The position numbers and the translations under genes are program-made. DNA of 64,000 nucleotides from an uncultured delta proteobacterium. Its GTDB lineage: Bacteria > Myxococcota > Myxococcia > Myxococcales > Myxococcaceae. The notes under the pieces are model-generated. The model was not told the DNA's origin and searched no databases. It worked only from the letters and a program-made list of their open reading frames with translations. Positions 11,109 through 20,618 of the stretch are shown here, in pieces; position 1 is the first letter of the stretch; each line of letters starts with the position of its first letter. The stretch is from positions 64,001 through 128,000 of the forward strand of contig CAVYSY010000021.1 in NCBI GenBank assembly GCA_963771175.1, in the 5' to 3' direction.

Positions 11109-11139
11109 CGCCACCCCTCTCCTCCGCTCAGGCTCGCCC

Positions 11140-12205
11140 ATGAAGAAGGCCTTCGAACAGAACGTGTCCCGCGCCAAGCCGCGCCTGCGCCTGGGCGGCG
11201 TTCACCGGTGTCGTCGACCGCCGCCGCTCCCGATGAGGCGCCCGAGCCCGAGCAGGCCCAGGCTCCCGAGCCGCGCGCAGGCGCGCGGCCTCCGAGCCCG
11301 TGCACGCCCCCGAGCAGGCACGGGCCTCCGAGCCGATGCTGGTGACCCAGGCGCCCGCCGCGCGCATGACCTGTCCACCGAGGTGCGTGCCCGCATCGAG
11401 CGCGCCCGCGCGCCCCGCTCCACCGCCGCCGAGGCCCTGGACGGCGGCCCTGAACACGCGCCCGAGCCCGCCCGTGGCCCGCGTGGAGGCTCCCGAGCCC
11501 GAGGTGGAGGTGCAGACGCCGGCCAGCGCCCCGCGAGGAGCTGGACACGCGAGGCCCGCCGCGAGCGGCTCAAGGAGCGCCTCAAGGCGGTGCGCGAGAA
11601 CCCGCGCCCCGAGCCCCTGCCGGCCACGCGTGGCCGAGGCGGGCGTGCGCGCGGTGGAGCGCATCGCCGCCCTGCAGGCCGAGCTCACCAAGGTGAAGAC
11701 GCTCAACCTCTCGCTCACGCAGGACCTGGAGGCGGCGCGGCGCCAGTCGGAGAAGGCCACCGAGGAGGCCCGCCTGCGCATGGACGAGGCCCGCCGGCTC
11801 GCCACCGAGATGGAGGGCCGGGTGAAGCTGCTCGCGCGACCTCGAGCGCGAGCTCGCCGCGCTGGAGGGCGAGCGCGACGAGGCGCTGCTGTCGCCTGCA
11901 GGAGTCGCGTCAGGCCTGCAGGCCGCCGCCCAGGAGCGCACGGCGCTCGAGGCCGCAGGTCGCCGAGGCGCAAGCAGGCGCTCGCCGACAGCCTCTCCGA
12001 GGAGGAGCGGCTCGCCGGCGAGCTGGAGGTCGGCCAAGGACGAGGCCAGCCGCGCTGCGCCGCGCCGTGGACGCGCTCAAGAGCGAGCGCGACGTGCTGG
12101 CCCAGCAGGTGGCCTCGCTCACCGCCGAGCGCGCCGAGCTGCTCGAGGCTCGCAAGGCGCTGCGAGGCCGTGCACCGCGCCCTCAGCCACGCCGTGGCGC
12201 GCTGA
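11140..12205 (+). CDS. pomX: PomX: N-terminal ATPase-activating peptide plus C-terminal coiled coil, several frameshifts
   Basis: Starts MKKAFEQNVSRAKPRLRLG (PomX N-terminal peptide with K13/R15), then a Pro/Ala/Glu-rich linker and a long coiled coil. Confidence 0.9.
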
Positions 12206-12316
12206 CATCCGCGCACCTTCGCCCCGGTGTAGGTTCCGCCGGGGCGTGGCCGGGTGTTGAATCGAAAGGTCTTTCCTGCGTCATCAGGGCCGGACCTTTT
12301 CGAAGGATGTACCCCC

Positions 12317-12983
12317 ATGAAGCGCAATCTCCTGTTCGTTGCTCCCCTGCTCCTCGCCGCTTGCGGCGGTGGCTCTCTCGGTCTCGACATCAACAGCGAT
12401 GACTCGGCCGAGAACACCACCCTCTCCTCCGTGAGCGCGCTGCGCCGTGGACCTCACCACGGTGAAGTCGGTCAAGGTGACCGTCAGCGAAATCTGGGTG
12501 CACGTGGAGGACAAGGCCACCAAGACCGAGTCGGTCGACGGCTCGACGATCGACGACTCCTCCAAGCGCTGGGAGCAGGTGTCTTCCGAGGAGCGGAGCA
12601 TCGACCTCATGACGGTGCGCAATGAGGCGACGAAGCCGCTCGGCGACCTCGCCGTGCCCGAGGGGAAGGTCACCCAGATGCGCCTCCGGCTGAAGGGCAC
12701 CGCCGAGGAGGGCTCGGACAAATACCGCATCGCGGGCGCCGTGGAGGAGACCGACGGCACCGTGTGCGACCTCATCGTCCCCAAGAGCGCCATCAACCCG
12801 GGCGTGAAGATCGAGGGCTCCTTCAAGGCGATGAAGATCGAGGCGGGTGGCAAGCATCGCGCCGTCCTCTCCTTGAAGCTCAAGGACTCGGCGAAGCTGA
12901 CCGACGGCACCACCTGCGCGTACCGGCTCAACCCGGTGATGAAGGTGAAGAAGTTCGAGGTCGAGTCGGACGACAAGAAGTAG
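12317..12983 (+). CDS. DUF4382-like lipoprotein, frameshift near 12440
   Basis: Lipobox LAAC; SVKVTVSEIWVH, IDLMTV and VPEGKVTQMRLRL beta-rich pattern. Confidence 0.7.
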
Positions 12984-13009
12984 CCGCGCGCTCCCTTGCC
13001 GTACTCCGG

Positions 13010-13046
13010 AAGCCCGCCTGGGTCCTCGTGACCCGGCGGGCTTTTC
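13010..13046 (+). terminator. Intrinsic terminator
   Basis: AAGCCCGCC(T)GGGTC-loop-GACCCGGCGGGCTTTT hairpin after the lipoprotein stop. Confidence 0.75.
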
Positions 13047-13243
13047 CGCGTCTGGAGGCTCGTGGAGCACCCGGGCGAGCACCGAGGGTCCAGTCGAGCC
13101 ATCGCAGCCTCTCGTGACATCCAGGCGAAGACGCCGGGCTCCGTTGCCGCACTCCGGGGTGAGTCGGAGCTTTACCGGCGAACCCGAGGAGCCTGGGGGC
13201 CTTCCGGCCAGCCGTGTTCCCCGAGCCGCCAAAGGAGTCATTC

Positions 13244-14448
13244 GTGGCACTGGACCTCTTCAAGGAAAAGGGCGTCCCGCTGGATCGGCAGGCCTTCACC
13301 TGGAGGGATCTGACGCGGCGCACCTACAGCAAGCTCGACGACGACGCGTTCACCCGCGTGCGCGTCATCCTGATGAACGGCATCGAGTCGGAGGCGCTGC
13401 GCTTCAGCCACGCCTGCGCGCGGATGAACCGCGCAGCTCCGCGAGTCGCTCGCGCATCATCCGCCGGGTCGAGCAGCACCAGCAGACGCTGGTCAACTGG
13501 CTGAACCCGGCGGACCAGTCGCCGCTCGAGACCACCCTCGGCTTCGAGCAGGTGGCCATCGAGGTGACGGCGCAGCGTCGCCGAGCACGAGCCCGACCCG
13601 TACCTGGCCCAGGTCTACCGCTTCGGCCTGCTCGAGGACTTCGACCACCTGTACCGCTACTCGGCGCTGTATGGACCGGCTCGAGGGCAAGGACGCCAAC
13701 GACCTCATCCAGAGCTACACGCGACATCCTCCCCGGGCGGCCCACCGCGGTCGAGCACCGCGCACCCGCTGGACGACCTGCGCCGGCCCTACGACGCGCG
13801 CACCGCCGAGCCGCTCACCAAGATTCACGCGCTCACCATCACCGCGGCCGAGCACCAGACGCACGACTTCTACATGACCATCGGGCCCATGTTCACCGAC
13901 CCGGTGGCGCGCCAGCTCTACGCGGAGATCGCCTCCATCGAGGAGCAGCACGTCACCCAGTACGAGTCGCTGATCGACCCGGACGAGTCGTGGCTGGAGA
14001 AGTGGCTGCTGCACGAGGCCATCGAGGTCTACAACTACTACAGCTGCCTGCAGTACGAATCGAACCCGCGCATCAAGGAGATCTGGGAGCGGTTCCTCGA
14101 CTACGAGCTGGGGCACCTGCACTACGTGATGCGAGCTCTTCCAGCAGCTCGAGGGGCGCGATCCGGCCGAGGTGTTGCCCAGGACGCTGCCGGAGCCCAT
14201 CCGACTTCGAGAGCCACCGCGAGTTCGTGCGCAAGGTGCTCAAGGACGAGGTGGAGATGAGCGCCAAGGGCACCGAGTTCGTGCCGCGCGGCGAGGAGTC
14301 CGAGCGCACGCTGCGCTACCGCCAGCAGCTCAACTCCGAGGGCTCGCCGAGCGAGATCGCCGCCGCGGGCTACCACTGGCGTCCGGGCACCGAGCTGGCC
14401 GAGGAGGCCAGTCGCATGGGCACCTATGCCGAAGGGAGGATCCAGTAA
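13244..14448 (+). CDS. Conserved hypothetical protein with tandem ferritin-like (ExxH-rich) helical bundles, several frameshifts
   Basis: AAGGAG RBS before GTG 13244; motifs EQHQ, LEDFDHLY, EEQHV and YELGHL. Confidence 0.72.
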
Positions 14449-15207
14449 TGCATCGCAAGGCGAGCGAGTTGGGGATGAACCGGACAGGCCTCCAGACCTC
14501 CCCGGTGCACAGCAAGAAGGCCATCGAGGGCGCCGAGAAGGCGCTGCCGAGCAGCCCCGGGAGATGCCTCGGCCATCTGGAAGGAGCGCCAGGCGTTCTC
14601 GCGCGAGGTGGACGGCTTGGGCTCGGTGCCGCCTCCCGCCACCGTGAAGGGGATGGCCAAGGCGGCGGTGGACATGCTGAAGGGCGGCCGGGCCACCGTC
14701 TTCATCGACAAGCTGGGCCAGCGCGCCGGCTTCGAGCGCACCGGGGTGCGGCTCTACGAGGCGGCTCTGTCCAAGCTGGATGTGTTCGGCTCCTGGGCCG
14801 GCGGGCCCTCACGGGAGCAGCTCGAGAAGATCCGCCTGGACGAGCTGAAGCACTTCGCGCTCGTCAAGCGCACCATCGAGAAGCTGGGGGGCGACCCCAC
14901 GGCGCTCACGCCCGCGGCGGACCTGCAGGCCAACATGTCCGACGGTGTGCCCAAGATGCTGGTGGACCCGCGCGTCAACCTGCTGCAGTCGCTGGACGGG
15001 CTGCTGACGGCGGAGCTCGTGGACAACGCGAGCTGGGAGCTGCTCATCCAGCTCGCGCGGGAGCTGGGACACAAGGACATCGCCGAGGACTTCCAGCGGG
15101 CGCTGGACGTGGAGCAGGAGCACCTGGCGCTGGTGCGGAGCTGGCTCGTCGCCGGGGTGATGCTGGAGGCGAAGGTCGGCGAGGAGGCCGCGGGCGCTCC
15201 GGCCTAG
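14448..15207 (+). CDS. Ferritin-like diiron-carboxylate domain protein, frameshift near 14560
   Basis: FERTGVRLYE, DELKHF, ELVDNASWELL and EQEHL; TAATG stop/start overlap with the upstream gene. Confidence 0.82.
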
Positions 15208-15222
15208 TGGCCAGGGCAGCGG

Positions 15223-15810
15223 CTAGAACGAGGAGTTCGGCTCCTGGAGGAAGGCGACTTCCTCCGGGGTCGACTCCCGCCCCAGGATGGCGTTGCGGTG
15301 GGGGAAGCGCCCGAAGCGCGCGATGATGTCGTGGTGGCGCCGGGCGTACTCCAGCGTCCCGGTGCTGCCCGGGTCCCTCGGGTTCCGCAGGGCGAGCATC
15401 TCGAAGAGGGACACGGACAGGCGCTGGTCGTGAATGTCCTCGCTGTGCTCGAAGGGCAGGTAGAAGAACCACCGCCACACTGGAGGCAGGGAGACGTCGA
15501 GCCCCCGGGCGAGTGCATGCCGCGCCACCTCGCGGGCCTGGGCGTCGGTGGCGAAGGCGCGCGGGGTGCCCCGGAAGAGGTTGCGCGGGAACTGGTCCAG
15601 AAGGAGCAGCAGGGCGAGGCAGCCGCGCGGCTCGTCGCGCCACGACTGCAACCCGCCCGCGGCGGCCTCCTCGTGGGTGGAGAGGAAGCGGCGGGCGCAC
15701 TCGGCGTCGAAGGCCGGGTCCTTCTCGAACCAGCGACCGCGCGGTTGCGTGTGGCCCGGCTCGGACGGCGGGCCGAACCAGAAGGTGAGGATGTCGTCCA
15801 CGCTGGCCAT
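15223..15810 (-). CDS. DUF924 family protein
   Basis: ILTFWF, LLDQFPRNLFRG, FFYLPFEHSE, IIARFGRFPHRNAILGRESTPEE; GGAGGAG RBS. Confidence 0.92.
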   Translation of the reverse strand: MASVDDILTFWFGPPSEPGHTQPRGRWFEKDPAFDAECARRFLSTHEEAAAGGLQSWRDEPRGCLALLLLLDQFPRNLFRGTPRAFATDAQAREVARHALARGLDVSLPPVWRWFFYLPFEHSEDIHDQRLSVSLFEMLALRNPRDPGSTGTLEYARRHHDIIARFGRFPHRNAILGRESTPEEVAFLQEPNSSF

Positions 15811-15918
15811 GGGCTCCTCCATGAGGAGTGCCGTTCTAGCACTCCTCTTCGGGCGGGGGTGGCCGTCAGGGTCGCGAGGTCGCAGCTTCCACCAACGACC
15901 CCTGATGGAGGCTGGACG

Positions 15919-16455
15919 ATGCGGGAGCAATACAACCTGAACCACCCGTCCCTCACCACCCTGCGGAATCCGTCCCTGCGGACGGAGTCGCTCGTGGCGC
16001 TGGGCACTCTCGGGGCGCTCACCGCGGGCTCGGCCGCCGTGGGGGCTCGTGCCGCGAAGGGGGGCGGCTCGCAGCTCTGGTACAGGCGGCTGCGCAAACC
16101 TCCCTTCCAGCCGCCGGCCTGGGTATTCGGCCCGGTGTGGACGGTGCTGTACGGACTGATGGCGTTCTCCGCGTGGAGGGTGTGGAACCGGCCCGCGGGC
16201 CCCAAGCGCTCGCGGGCGCTGCTGCTGTGGGGCACGCAGCTCGGGTTCAACGCCCTCTGGTCCCCGCTCTTCTTCGGCAAGCACCGCCAGCGGGCGGCAC
16301 TGGTGGACATCGGTGCTCTGGGAGTGAGCCTCGCCGCGTACACCGCTGTGTCGAGCCAGGTGGATCGCCAGGCCGCGTGGATGATGGCGCCCTATCTGGC
16401 CTGGGTGGGCTTCGCCGGTCTGCTCAACGAGGAGATCGTCCGCCTCAACGATTGA
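15919..16455 (+). CDS. tspO: TspO/MBR tryptophan-rich sensory protein
   Basis: WYRRLRKPPFQPPAWVFGPVWTVLY, NALWSPLFF, PYLAWVGFA. Confidence 0.93.
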   Translation: MREQYNLNHPSLTTLRNPSLRTESLVALGTLGALTAGSAAVGARAAKGGGSQLWYRRLRKPPFQPPAWVFGPVWTVLYGLMAFSAWRVWNRPAGPKRSRALLLWGTQLGFNALWSPLFFGKHRQRAALVDIGALGVSLAAYTAVSSQVDRQAAWMMAPYLAWVGFAGLLNEEIVRLND

Positions 16456-16545
16456 GCAAGCAGGCGCTGCCTTTCATGCTGCCGTGCGTGCTCGCGCTGC
16501 CCGACCCGTGTGTGGGCGCGTCACCCATCAGGTAGAGCCGTCCAC

Positions 16546-16611
16546 TTGACGTATGACGTCATGCGCCCGATACTCATGATGGAGGTCGGGGCGCGTGGCA
16601 ATGACTGTCAT
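16546..16611 (+). promoter_or_regulatory. Sigma70-like promoter TTGACG-N17-GATACT with ATGAC/GTCAT palindromes
   Basis: -35 at 16546-16551, -10 at 16569-16574; palindrome ATGACGTCAT in the spacer (16553-16562) and ATGACTGTCAT at 16601-16611. Confidence 0.55.
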
Positions 16612-16680
16612 GGAGCCCCAAGCGGGGAGCGTGTCAGGGGGTCTGGTTAACCTTCCGGAGAGTGAGGGCGTTGCCGGGAG

Positions 16681-16965
16681 GTGGGGCGTGGAGGGGGAGG
16701 CGTTGGCCCGATTGCCAAGCTCAAGGTCCGTGTCGATCGACGCCCGCCACCCGTCATCGGTCTGTTTTTCAGTGTGAGTGGCTTTACCGTGCCCGCGGTG
16801 CAGGAATTCAACGCACAGCCTTTGCGTAACCTCCTGCTGTGGGCAGAGCCGGATGTGACCCTCGCCATGAGGCGCGGCCTGCGGAGCGCGCTCAGGGTCA
16901 AGTGGCGAAAGGCCGTGGAGGAAGTCGTGATGGATCACGAACTCGAAGAGGAGGATTTCCGATGA
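16681..16965 (+). pseudogene. C-terminal remnant of an Mrr-like (PD-(D/E)xK) restriction-endonuclease-family gene
   Basis: PIAKLKVRVDRRPPPVIGLFFSVSGFT..A..PLRNLLLW resembles the second half of the Mrr_cat fold; the N-terminal catalytic part is absent; locally lower GC. Confidence 0.55.
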
Positions 16966-17507
16966 TTCCGGTGCTGGTCGTTCGAGGCGAGGCAATGGCC
17001 CGGGTATTCCTCAAGCTGCTTGAGCCGGAGTTCGGCCGCGAACTCCGCGTGGTCGGGTCGAACTACGTGGGGAGCAGTGTCACCTCGGCGAGATCCATCC
17101 TTCTCCATCGCAAGTCCGCCGTGGCCCTGGTCACCGATGCGAAGCCGGAGGAACTCCGGCAGACGCATCGCTCCATTGTGTACCTGCTCAGTGGGGCGGG
17201 CTGTGTCGACCTGTGGAAGATCACCCTGCTGGTGCCGGAGACGGAGGTGCTGCTCTTCCAGGATCGGGGCGTGCTGCGCCAGCTCCTCGGGCGCGAGCCG
17301 ACGGAGGAGGAGCTGCTCCGAGGCCAGACCGAGCCCCGGCGCACCCTGGAGCAAGCGCTCGGGTTCGAGTGGTTGGCCCTCGACGCGGAGCTGTGCCGGC
17401 GCTTGGAGACGGTGGACGTGAGTCCCCTGGCCGAGCACTCCTCCGTGCGGCAGGTGCGGCAGTTCTTCCGCGACCACCGGGATGGGCGAGCCTCGCTGCC
17501 CTTCTGA
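16962..17507 (+). CDS. Hypothetical protein, degenerate TOPRIM-like fold
   Basis: GAGGAGG RBS and ATGA overlap with the remnant; VLVVRGE..., SARSILL..VALVTDA and LVPETEVLLFQD pattern. Confidence 0.65.
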   Translation: MIPVLVVRGEAMARVFLKLLEPEFGRELRVVGSNYVGSSVTSARSILLHRKSAVALVTDAKPEELRQTHRSIVYLLSGAGCVDLWKITLLVPETEVLLFQDRGVLRQLLGREPTEEELLRGQTEPRRTLEQALGFEWLALDAELCRRLETVDVSPLAEHSSVRQVRQFFRDHRDGRASLPF

Positions 17508-17519
17508 ATCAATCCGCGT

Positions 17520-18320
17520 CTATCGCGGGGACAGACCGACCAGGGGCGAGCGCGAGGTCATCAGTTGTCGGCGCCGGACGATGGAGCGCAATCCCAGCCA
17601 CATGGCCCCGAGTGACACGACCATCCACACCGCCGCCCAGAGGGGCGCGGGCAGGTAGGTGAGCTGCGCCATGGCGTGCGCATCGGAGACGCCCACCTCC
17701 AGGCCGTAGCCGAACAGGCCCTTGATGTCCTGCAGTGCCAGGAGGCACGACAGCGCGGCGACCCATACGACGAGCCCGCGCCGCAGCCACACCGGGCCCT
17801 TCCACGCCACCAGCCCGAGCAGTGCTCCCATGCCGGCGATGAAGCCGAGCGTGAAGAGCCCATCCGAGCGCGAGGAGCCGGTGGCGAGCGCATGGGCGGC
17901 GCCGGGGTCGGGTGGGAGCAGCGGCACCCAGAGGACGGCCACGCCCACCATCCAGGCCACCAGCCCCCACAGCAGGGCGCGCCCGCTGCGCATGCGCCCG
18001 GCGGCCACCAGCAGCAGCGCCCCGGCCAGCGAGGAGCCCACGTAGCCACCCGAGGCGATGAGCAGCTCCTTCCAGAGCGAGCCGGTGAGGGAGTGGTAGG
18101 TGAGCCCGCCCGTGGCCGGGCTGATGGTGACGCTGCTCACCTGGGAGCCCACGGCCCAGGCCGAGAGGGCGTGCCCGCTCTCGTGCATGAGCGTCACCAG
18201 CAGCCGGAAGGGGTACAGCCACACCGTCTGCCACAGGAAGAGGCTCGCCGCGGCGGCGAGCACCAGGCACGCCAGCAGGGCGCGGGTGGACATCGGCGGT
18301 GGCTCGGGGACGGGTCGCAT
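17520..18320 (-). CDS. M50B-like intramembrane metallopeptidase
   Basis: LMHESGH (HExxH), IASGGYVG, SDAHAMA; several TM segments. Confidence 0.88.
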   Translation of the reverse strand: MRPVPEPPPMSTRALLACLVLAAAASLFLWQTVWLYPFRLLVTLMHESGHALSAWAVGSQVSSVTISPATGGLTYHSLTGSLWKELLIASGGYVGSSLAGALLLVAAGRMRSGRALLWGLVAWMVGVAVLWVPLLPPDPGAAHALATGSSRSDGLFTLGFIAGMGALLGLVAWKGPVWLRRGLVVWVAALSCLLALQDIKGLFGYGLEVGVSDAHAMAQLTYLPAPLWAAVWMVVSLGAMWLGLRSIVRRRQLMTSRSPLVGLSPR

Positions 18321-18404
18321 GCCGCTTGGACGCTAGCACGGGCGCTTTCGTTCCATGGCCCTCTGGCGCCTGGTGGCTCGGCGTGCTGGTAGAGTGGCGG
18401 ACTC

Positions 18405-20618
18405 ATGGCGCCCAAGACGAACACGGCGGAAGCCTATGCCGCCCAGCATCGCGGTGATTCGGACCACTACGCCACCTACTTCGCCGGCATGGATGCCTCC
18501 ATGCAGCAGAAGGTAGCCCTCACCACCGCGCACTTCCCCTCGCGCGGCCGGGTGGCGGACATGGGCAGCGGCTCGGGTCGCGGCACCCATGACCTCGCGT
18601 GTCTCTACAGCGGTCTGGAGTTGGTGGGCGTGGACATCAACCCGGTCTCCGTGGAGATGGCCGCCGCGTCCTACCAGCGCCCCAATCTCCGCTACATCGT
18701 GGGCGACATCGCCGACCCCGTCTTCCCCCCCGAGTCGCTGGATGGGGTGCTCGACTCGTCGGTGCTCCACCACGTCACCAGCTTCAATGGCTTCTCCCTC
18801 GCGCGGCTGGAGGAGTGTCTGGACAATCAGGTGCGCGCGCTGCGCACCGGCGGCGTCATCATCATCCGTGACTTCGTCATCCCCGACGGGCCTCCCGAGG
18901 TGTTCCTCGACCTGCCCGAGACGGATGGTGCCCCCGAGGGCCCTGTGCAGGGCCTGTCCACCGCCGCGCTCTTCGAGCGCTTCGCTCGCGACTTCCGCTG
19001 CGGCGTCAACCGGGATGGCCCGGTGCCGTACTCGAGGCTCGTCTCTCCCCACGCGGGGCATGTCCGCTATCGGCTCGCCCTGCGTGCCGCCAACGAGTTC
19101 ATCCTCCGCAAGGACTACCGCACCGACTGGGACGTGGAGCTGCTCGAGGAGTACACCTACTTCTCCCAGGCCCAGTTCGAGGCAGCCTTCCGGCGCCGCG
19201 AGCTGCGCATCGTCAGCTCGATGCCCATCCACAATCCGTGGATCATCGCCAACCGCTACGAGGGCCGCTTCCACCTGAGCGACACCGAGGGCCGGCCGCT
19301 GCCGTTTCCTCCCACCAACTACCTCATCGTCGGCGAGAAGGTGCCCCCTGGCGCGGGCGTGGCGCTGCGCGAGGAGCACAGCACTCCGCTCGCCTCGCCC
19401 CACTTCCTGTCCCTCAGCGCCTGGCGTCATGAGGAGAGCGGTCGTGTCTTCGAACTGGTGGAGCGCCCGGGGCGCACGATGGACCTGCTGCCCTGGTTCC
19501 GCCAGGAGGGACAGGTGTTCGTGCTGGCCAAGAAGGGCTTCCCTCGGCCCATCGTCAACGCGTGCGCGGACCACCCCAACCTCGGCGGCGCGACGCTCTC
19601 CGGCTACGTCACCGAGCCCCTCGCCGCCATCACCCATGCGGGTGAGCCCCCCGAGAAGGCCATCGCGCGCATCCTCCACGAGCGGGCCGCTCTCCCCGCC
19701 GAGCGCATCCGCGCCGTGGGCGAGCCGGCGCACTACTTCACCTCGCCCGGCGGAGTGAGCGAGCGAGTATCCGCGTACCTCGTGGAGGTGGCTCCGACCA
19801 CCGGGCTGCCGGCACCCGACTACGGCCTGTTCACCAGCGCCGGCTCGGTGCGCGAGCTGGATGCTCGCCAGGTGCTCCGGGCTTGCCACGTGGGCGGCAT
19901 GGTGGACGCGCGGCTCGAAATCAACATCCACCGCCTGCTGCGCCACCTGGGCGCCTCGCCGGGACCGTGGATCGGCGCCTCCCTGCGGCTCACCGAGCAG
20001 TCCCGTGTCCCCAGGTGGGCCGAGGACGCGCTGGCCCCCGCGCGCCGCGCGGTGTTCTCGTCCCACGACGAGGGCGGCACCGGCTACCTGGACCTGCGCA
20101 CCGGCACCTTCTCCGAGCTCGACGCGGAGGGCCGTGTGCTGGCGAGCGTGCCGCGCGAGTACCTCGTGCCCCGCGAGGCCAGCCGCAACACCACCGTGGC
20201 GCTCCCGGTGGTGCGGACGCCGGAGGGCATCCGCGTGGGCATCGAGCACCGGGAGTTGCCCGCGGTGCAGCACTTCACGGGAAGCGCGAGCCTCGCGGTG
20301 TCACCGGCCTGGCGGTTGCCCCGGACGCTCACCCACTCGAGCCAGGTGCCCGCCTTCATCGCCGAGCGCCTGCTCGAGGAGTTCTCCGTCTCGGTGCGCC
20401 ACACCTGGGAGCTCGGTGGCTCGTACCATGCGACTCCGGGCGTCACCCCCGAGCTGGTGTGGCCGTTCGCCGTGGAGGTCGAGGCCGATGCGGCCTGCGA
20501 CTCGCGGCTGCGCTGGATACCGCTGGAGGTGCTCATCAGCGAGCTGGACACGGTGCGGGACGCGCACCTGCTGGTGGTGGCCTGGCGGCTGGCGCACGCG
20601 CTAGGCGTGCTGGGCTGA
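18405..20618 (+). CDS. Class I SAM-dependent methyltransferase fused to two Nudix-like domains
   Basis: VADMGSGSG, GVDIN, GDIAD, SSVLHHV, GGVIIIRD; then FELVERPG..GEPPEKAIARILHERA..YFTSPGGVSE and a second ERLLEEF..YHATPGVTPE repeat. Confidence 0.8.
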   Translation: MAPKTNTAEAYAAQHRGDSDHYATYFAGMDASMQQKVALTTAHFPSRGRVADMGSGSGRGTHDLACLYSGLELVGVDINPVSVEMAAASYQRPNLRYIVGDIADPVFPPESLDGVLDSSVLHHVTSFNGFSLARLEECLDNQVRALRTGGVIIIRDFVIPDGPPEVFLDLPETDGAPEGPVQGLSTAALFERFARDFRCGVNRDGPVPYSRLVSPHAGHVRYRLALRAANEFILRKDYRTDWDVELLEEYTYFSQAQFEAAFRRRELRIVSSMPIHNPWIIANRYEGRFHLSDTEGRPLPFPPTNYLIVGEKVPPGAGVALREEHSTPLASPHFLSLSAWRHEESGRVFELVERPGRTMDLLPWFRQEGQVFVLAKKGFPRPIVNACADHPNLGGATLSGYVTEPLAAITHAGEPPEKAIARILHERAALPAERIRAVGEPAHYFTSPGGVSERVSAYLVEVAPTTGLPAPDYGLFTSAGSVRELDARQVLRACHVGGMVDARLEINIHRLLRHLGASPGPWIGASLRLTEQSRVPRWAEDALAPARRAVFSSHDEGGTGYLDLRTGTFSELDAEGRVLASVPREYLVPREASRNTTVALPVVRTPEGIRVGIEHRELPAVQHFTGSASLAVSPAWRLPRTLTHSSQVPAFIAERLLEEFSVSVRHTWELGGSYHATPGVTPELVWPFAVEVEADAACDSRLRWIPLEVLISELDTVRDAHLLVVAWRLAHALGVLG

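Noticed and set aside
13244..15207. Ferritin-like pair as encapsulin cargo
   Set aside because: No encapsulin shell gene in the window and no LTVGSL-like targeting peptide seen.
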